IMG/VR virus record: IMGVR_UViG_3300027861_000002
Reading direction: 5' to 3' (one strand)
Source of the DNA: an uncultured virus (IMG/VR IMGVR_UViG_3300027861_000002)
Lineage: Duplodnaviria > Heunggongvirae > Uroviricota > Caudoviricetes > Schitoviridae
DNA: 20,000 bases
Every line of letters begins with the position of its first letter. The stretch's first letter is position 1. Shown piece after piece: positions 15,253 to 20,000 of the stretch. The notes beneath the pieces were generated by a model that saw nothing but the letters and a program-made list of their open reading frames with translations, had not been told where the DNA came from and did no database searches. The translations under genes were made by a program, and so were the position numbers.

Positions 15253-16899
15253 CTAGGGCTCGTAAGTAATAGTTCCATCTTTAGATAGTATTTCCCAAAC
15301 AGCTTCTAAAGCAACCAGTGTCACCATTGCCCCATTTGAATCCAGTGACATATACTTGCCTGGTGCACCACCTCTAATCGAATCTGACCCAATAGCCAAA
15401 TCAATGTGTATAACAAATGATGCTGTTCTAATAATTGTTATAGTTAGTCCATTAACCATTGTGGGTAAAACAAGAGTAGTTCCACCACCTATCCCTTGAT
15501 TAGTAATTATTGAGCCTGACAACTCTGGCGGGATAGTGAATCCAGTAGTTTTTGCAATTGAATATATCTTTCTCCCTGTTTCCATTACTCTGTTTGATGT
15601 TAATTGACTTAAATTGAAACCATCGTTTCCAGCAACTAGGTCTGGGTTTATACCTTCATTATCCCAAGTATTCCCAATATCAATAACACTGACTGTGCCA
15701 TGCGACCCAGACTTATTCATATCAGATGAGAAGCCAGAACCTTTACAACCCATAACAATAATACTCATATTGTTGCGATGAGATATACAGCAATCAACCG
15801 CTGCCAATCCTGGAGTTGTTATAGATTTTTTACTCAAAAGATGACAGTTATAAATATTTATACTTCTCCTACTTGCATTTACGTCATTATTTGTTTGTAA
15901 AAACATTCCACTGGACTCACTATAGCAATTGATAAAATCTTGATTGTGCTGAGTTGCTGATTGAATATATATATCCGCTGTAGTATTTCCTGTAAATGTA
16001 ACAGTGTCACAGATAACACCACCTTCCAAAATATTTATGCCGTAAGTTGTTGCACCTGCTATTTGCCCATCTGTAAATCTTAGTTGCTCAGTATTTCCAC
16101 CTCTGACATGAACTCCTATAGCATTACTTGCTAACCATATATGATTAAAGGATATATCATCACACTGTTTACTTGTGGCATCCCCAATGTCAAGACCATA
16201 TGTTGTGCAGTTTGCAACATTTAACCTATCAAACTTACATTGAACAACTCGGTAACTTGTAGTCCCAATCAAAAGTATCCCAGTTGTGGCTAAACTATTT
16301 CCGTCCAATGACATATTAATAACGGTCAGTGCGGACGCACCAGTAAAATCCATCATTAAGTCTGTACCACTTACCCTTTTGAAGTAGGGAGTCTGACTAA
16401 TCCTGTCCACTGCGTTTTCAAATTCGATAGTTACCGCAAAATTATTTGTACAACTAATAGTTGAATTGACAACATAAAAAGAACTCGGCTTGTCTATTAG
16501 TATTTTTACAGATAAAGCTACCCCAACATCAAACACCTTCTGTAGTGACGCTGAATCATCTGTTGAGCCGTCGCCTTTGCAACCAAACCATAAGGAATGA
16601 ATACCTCCGTTATAAATCCTCCTCCAAACACCTGTTCCTGTCTCAGCAGTCCACCAGTTAGCAGCCCCAGGAGTTACTGTATGGGTAGAATCAATAATAG
16701 TACCACCATCATGAAGGTTAGCATTTGCACTTGCATCATATACGAATCTTCCACCACCCCCATCAGGGACAATATTAGGTACAACACCATAAAAGCTAGC
16801 AACACCTATAACTTGACCATCAAATCCAGTAGCAGGAAGATCTGCAATAGAATTAACACTCCCTTCTACAACTTTACCCTTAGCTCTTTGTAATGCCAT
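15253..16899 (-). CDS. Tailspike / polysaccharide depolymerase (pectate-lyase-like right-handed beta-helix)
   Basis: N-terminal VNSIADL...DGGGGRFVYD...DGGTII...GVWRR domain, then WFGCKGDGSTDDSASLQK (Pectate_lyase_3 start) and Asn/Gly/Ile-rich beta-helix rungs. Confidence 0.85.
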   Translation of the reverse strand: MALQRAKGKVVEGSVNSIADLPATGFDGQVIGVASFYGVVPNIVPDGGGGRFVYDASANANLHDGGTIIDSTHTVTPGAANWWTAETGTGVWRRIYNGGIHSLWFGCKGDGSTDDSASLQKVFDVGVALSVKILIDKPSSFYVVNSTISCTNNFAVTIEFENAVDRISQTPYFKRVSGTDLMMDFTGASALTVINMSLDGNSLATTGILLIGTTSYRVVQCKFDRLNVANCTTYGLDIGDATSKQCDDISFNHIWLASNAIGVHVRGGNTEQLRFTDGQIAGATTYGINILEGGVICDTVTFTGNTTADIYIQSATQHNQDFINCYSESSGMFLQTNNDVNASRRSINIYNCHLLSKKSITTPGLAAVDCCISHRNNMSIIVMGCKGSGFSSDMNKSGSHGTVSVIDIGNTWDNEGINPDLVAGNDGFNLSQLTSNRVMETGRKIYSIAKTTGFTIPPELSGSIITNQGIGGGTTLVLPTMVNGLTITIIRTASFVIHIDLAIGSDSIRGGAPGKYMSLDSNGAMVTLVALEAVWEILSKDGTITYEP

Positions 16900-17372
16900 T
16901 ATTTATTCCCAAATACTTTTATGATTAATGGTTCTAAATTCTTAATAGTTCTCTCACCAAATAAGAATCCTAAAATCAATATATTGATAACAATCAATGC
17001 TGTCTGTTGTTGTTCAGTATAGCTTACATTAGTCGTAAACCAAAAGAAATCTAAATACATAACAAAGAAGCCCCACATAGGTCGTTGAAGCCCTCTCAGG
17101 AATAGTATCACCCTACCTAATACTGGAAGTGCTAAAAGATCCTTAGCGGTACCTTCTTGCTCAGCTATTCGTTGGTTTATTGTTTTCTCTGCATCAGCTA
17201 AGGCATGATTTATATCTGCTTGTTTCTGTAGCTCTAACTTTTCTATCTGTAGTTCTAATTCAGCTTGTTGTTGTGGATTCATATCAGGGGGAAAATATGC
17301 AGTAATAGTCTCTTTCACTTCTTTAAAAAGAGGTCCCCCAACAATGTCACCTAACTTAGCTAAAAGACTCAT
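16899..17372 (-). CDS. Holin-like membrane protein (GTA 3TM-holin-like)
   Basis: Amphipathic N-terminus, coiled coil, LQRPMWGF, hydrophobic helices and LGFLFGERT tail; within the lysis cluster. Confidence 0.7.
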   Translation of the reverse strand: MSLLAKLGDIVGGPLFKEVKETITAYFPPDMNPQQQAELELQIEKLELQKQADINHALADAEKTINQRIAEQEGTAKDLLALPVLGRVILFLRGLQRPMWGFFVMYLDFFWFTTNVSYTEQQQTALIVINILILGFLFGERTIKNLEPLIIKVFGNK

Positions 17373-17656
17373 CCTATAACCTTACGTATCTGAATAGTAT
17401 TACTTATATTAATACCTAGTTGAAATATACATGCTATAGCAAGAAGCCAAGGATGAGGGTAATAAGTAAATATTGCAACTACACCTAACGATAGAATACT
17501 CTTAATTACAACCAATCCAGGAAAACCTAGATTATTAATTACCCACCTCATTAGAGGATTAACCTCAGTACCCTTCAATTTAAGTATAGTATATTTCGTG
17601 GAATAGTAATCATAGACTTGTAAGAGTATAAATATAATCAGCAATACAGGTATCAT
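17369..17656 (-). CDS. DUF5658-like small membrane protein
   Basis: D..ST.......GTEVNPLM motif with three hydrophobic segments; ATGA overlaps at both ends. Confidence 0.6.
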   Translation of the reverse strand: MIPVLLIIFILLQVYDYYSTKYTILKLKGTEVNPLMRWVINNLGFPGLVVIKSILSLGVVAIFTYYPHPWLLAIACIFQLGINISNTIQIRKVIG

Positions 17657-18126
17657 TTGGTGTCCTCTTTAGGTTGTTTAATAACAGGTATTGGGTTATC
17701 TCCCTTTATCCAATCTGGAATCCATGTAGCACTTATAGCACCAAATACTGCAATGAATGCAGCAGAAACAATCTTAAATCGTCTATCAGTTGACTCTTTC
17801 ATATCCTTTTGTCTAAGTGTGTTCAACTCTTCTAAATCACTAACCCTAGTAGTATTTTCTTTAATATAGATAGCATTTGCATGTACTAACTCTTTCAAAT
17901 CTATCACTTCATCAGTACAATCATGTGCTTTTAATAAAGCTTCAATATTATTAAATTTTACTGTTTGCTCGGTAAATCGTACAGTTTGGTCATTAATACA
18001 TGCTGTAAGTTTAGCAATACTTTCGTGAGTATTCTCAGATAATTTTTGTACAGTTTGGTTTGTTGAATCTTGATTCTTAAGTATAGTTTGAAATAATATA
18101 TTCTCTTTACTTGCATCATCAATCAT
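17653..18126 (-). CDS. Coiled-coil protein with a single C-terminal TM helix (holin/antiholin-like)
   Basis: ATG at 18126 follows GGAGAG and is preferred over the TTG at 18138. TM segment IVSAAFIAVFGAISATWI; directly after the endolysin. Confidence 0.55.
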   Translation of the reverse strand: MIDDASKENILFQTILKNQDSTNQTVQKLSENTHESIAKLTACINDQTVRFTEQTVKFNNIEALLKAHDCTDEVIDLKELVHANAIYIKENTTRVSDLEELNTLRQKDMKESTDRRFKIVSAAFIAVFGAISATWIPDWIKGDNPIPVIKQPKEDTK

Positions 18127-18535
18127 CAGTCTCTCCAAATTTCATCTCTTTAGCTAAACGTACAGCTCTATTACCTACATCATTAGCCCATTTACTATCT
18201 AACATCTCTTCAGATGCTTTATCAAAATCACCTATCGCAATAGCTAACCACATCTTCTTGAAACCAGCCAGTCTAGCCCTACCTAAATTAAAAGCCATAT
18301 TAAGTAATACTCGATATCTAACTTCTCCCAAATCCTCAGCATCAGGATATATGACCGCAACATCTTCAACTGAACTCAATATTGATCTGTACAGCAAGTC
18401 ATTAATTATATCTTCAGGTAATCCATTATCTTCTAAGTTCCAACCTACACCTATAGTCAATTTACCAGCAGAGCATCGATACGGGAATTGTCTTACTCCC
18501 TCGTCTGATCTCAGGTCTTCCATCAAAACATCCAT
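18119..18535 (-). CDS. Endolysin, GH24 / T4-lysozyme-like muramidase
   Basis: DEG.R..PYRCSAGKLTIGVG (E-x8-C-x5-T catalytic pattern), NMAFNLG, F.KM..A, EMLDSKWA..VG.RA.RL. Confidence 0.9.
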   Translation of the reverse strand: MDVLMEDLRSDEGVRQFPYRCSAGKLTIGVGWNLEDNGLPEDIINDLLYRSILSSVEDVAVIYPDAEDLGEVRYRVLLNMAFNLGRARLAGFKKMWLAIAIGDFDKASEEMLDSKWANDVGNRAVRLAKEMKFGETDD

Positions 18536-18573
18536 AAGTTATGCATCCCCCTCTATAGATTTAAGATAATTCA

Positions 18574-18951
18574 TTAGCTTATTGTGGGTTCACCAAGTTT
18601 TATTGCTATGAACACATCACCAGCATTTAATCCCTCATCACCAGTAATAGTTGTAGTATCTGTTTCTGTGTACCAACCATCAGTAAGTGTATCTTGGTAT
18701 TGTTGTATACCATTCACGTATATTAAGAGATTTCCTATACCCATAACATATTCAGGAACAGTAAAGACAGTCTGCCCCTCAGTAGCAACAATTCTAGTAG
18801 AACTATTAGTTCTAATAGCTGTTAATCCAGCAGCAACTGTATTTACACTAGCAATACTCTGTGAAACTGCCTTCACATTGTCATAAGCAGTATCAACATA
18901 ATCATCTGTTAGTGAAGCAGTATATGTCTGTGTAGAGACTTTTATACCCAT
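18574..18951 (-). CDS. Short tail anchor/adaptor protein (N4 gp66-like N-terminus plus one small beta domain), 125 aa
   Basis: ATG at 18951 follows GGAG and overlaps the gp67 end. DDYVDTAYDNVKAV...I.SV.TVA anchor motif, then ATEGQTVFTV..Y..G...L.IYVNG..Q domain. Confidence 0.65.
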   Translation of the reverse strand: MGIKVSTQTYTASLTDDYVDTAYDNVKAVSQSIASVNTVAAGLTAIRTNSSTRIVATEGQTVFTVPEYVMGIGNLLIYVNGIQQYQDTLTDGWYTETDTTTITGDEGLNAGDVFIAIKLGEPTIS

Positions 18952-19652
18952 CCTTTTCTCCAAAGTTTTTGGTTAGTATTATTTTCATAGTTTTCTAAGC
19001 CATATTTCTTCACTCTAGCAATAGAAGCTTCAAATGCACTAAAGGAGAACTTACTATCAGATTCATCAGTAAGAGGGGCAGTAACTTTATAAGCTATAAA
19101 TGCTGCAAGAGCATCAATTAATTGATCAGGGATAGGAACCCTAACAGAAGTAGGATCTATAGTTGCATTAGATATCTTTGTAGGGGAAGCTCTATATATA
19201 ACAGCTAGTGTTATATCAGCTCTAGCATAAGGAACTTGAATAGTGTCGTATATAGGGGTAAATACAGAATCATCCTCATAGTCATCATTCAAAGGTAATT
19301 CATTACCTAGTTCATCATATACTTCTTGTATAAATAAAACATCATCTGTAAAAGGATTAGCAGCAGAATCGATCAACCATTTAGGGTAATCAGTATCATC
19401 TGTGCTATTTGGATCTGTATAAGCGTGATCAGTATGTAGTTTATAGTTAGAAACTCCATCTTGTAAATCTAAACGTAATTCTCTCACTTTTAAAGGGAGT
19501 CTTTTATATATCTCAAGCAATCCAAGATTAGTAAGATTAATCAATCTAGGGTAATCTAATTCCCTAATACCACCTTCTTTTAATCCACCAATAGATAACT
19601 GGGCAAATTCCCCACTGGATAAGTAATCAAACAATTCTGATAAAAGAAGCAT
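18942..19652 (-). CDS. N4 gp67-like virion structural (head-tail adaptor) protein
   Basis: 236 aa; LSELFDYLSSGEF.QL, NLGL.EIYKR.PL, ELPLND and C-terminal KGWV; directly follows the terminase. Confidence 0.85.
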   Translation of the reverse strand: MLLLSELFDYLSSGEFAQLSIGGLKEGGIRELDYPRLINLTNLGLLEIYKRLPLKVRELRLDLQDGVSNYKLHTDHAYTDPNSTDDTDYPKWLIDSAANPFTDDVLFIQEVYDELGNELPLNDDYEDDSVFTPIYDTIQVPYARADITLAVIYRASPTKISNATIDPTSVRVPIPDQLIDALAAFIAYKVTAPLTDESDSKFSFSAFEASIARVKKYGLENYENNTNQKLWRKGWV

Positions 19653-19687
19653 ACCTATCCCTCAATTAAGTAAAATACATTCTTAAA

Positions 19688-19716
19688 AGTATAAGCTAGA
19701 TATACCCAAATTACAA
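19688..19716 (-). promoter_or_regulatory. Putative sigma70-type promoter upstream of the gp67-like gene
   Basis: TTGTAA (19716-19711), 17-nt spacer, TATACT (19693-19688). TATACTTTTA is shared with the element at 1635-1644. Confidence 0.55.
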
Positions 19717-20000
19717 TTAAACTATATAAGAACTTATCGTACCAGACTCATCCTCATTATCATCCTCCCAATATCTATTTTTATCATCTTCAATTTTAGG
19801 AGTTACATAGCTAGGTTTCCAAGGAGTAATACTCCCCAACATTGAAATGGTATCAATTCCATCGTCATTTTTACTTCGGAAACCCGAAGCACTTGCTAAT
19901 CTCAATTCAACCATAATTTCAGCCAAACATTCACCACTTTTCATTTCTTCAGGAAAGTAAACTTTACCCATCTTGAACCAAGGAACTACAATATTAAACC
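19717..20000 (-). CDS. terL: Terminase large subunit, C-terminal end (partial), N4 gp68 family
   Basis: Frame is open to the window edge: FNIVVPWFKMGKVYFP...GFRSKNDDGIDTISML...PWKPS...SSYIV, including the nuclease-domain DD..D motif. Confidence 0.88.
   Translation of the reverse strand, partial: FNIVVPWFKMGKVYFPEEMKSGECLAEIMVELRLASASGFRSKNDDGIDTISMLGSITPWKPSYVTPKIEDDKNRYWEDDNEDESGTISSYIV

Noticed and set aside
3670..18886. All plus-strand ORFs in the track (3670-4005, 5281-5466, 5932-6180, 6454-6708, 9669-9851, 11715-11930, 13781-14044, 15019-15201, 16597-16893, 17657-17869, 18111-18569, 18584-18886)
   Set aside because: Antisense shadows of well-supported minus-strand genes or remnants, with Ser/Ile-skewed composition and no recognisable motifs.
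1..20000. Alternative genetic code, DGR, CRISPR array, tRNA genes or invertase/shufflon
   Set aside because: TAA, TAG and TGA all terminate full-length conserved genes. No reverse transcriptase, recombinase, repeat-spacer array, TR/VR pair or cloverleaf was seen in this window.

Overview
AT-rich (roughly one-third GC by eye) bacteriophage DNA carrying a virion morphogenesis, tail and lysis region related to N4-like phages (Schitoviridae-type gp51-gp68 block). All credible genes are on the minus strand. In transcription order (right to left): C-terminal end of the large terminase; gp67-like adaptor; a very short tail-anchor protein; GH24 endolysin plus three membrane/holin-like genes; a beta-helix tailspike; an internally deleted tail-fibre remnant; a BppU-like protein; two further tail/appendage proteins; a Maf/DUF115-like (sialyltransferase-fold) gene; portal; gp58; gp57; major capsid protein with a ~110-aa insertion; a decayed HNH/NUMOD1 homing-endonuclease cassette with its promoter/hairpin control element still intact; gp55; gp54; gp53; an extended gp52-like protein; and the start of a probable gp51. 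No tRNA, rRNA or CRISPR array was seen. The best leads are the capsid insertion together with a glycosyltransferase-like gene in the structural cluster (possible virion glycosylation), a minimal tail adaptor implying a branched receptor-binding system, and two genes collapsed by internal deletion. All family assignments come from motif recognition and recalled N4 sequences and gene order, not from database searches.
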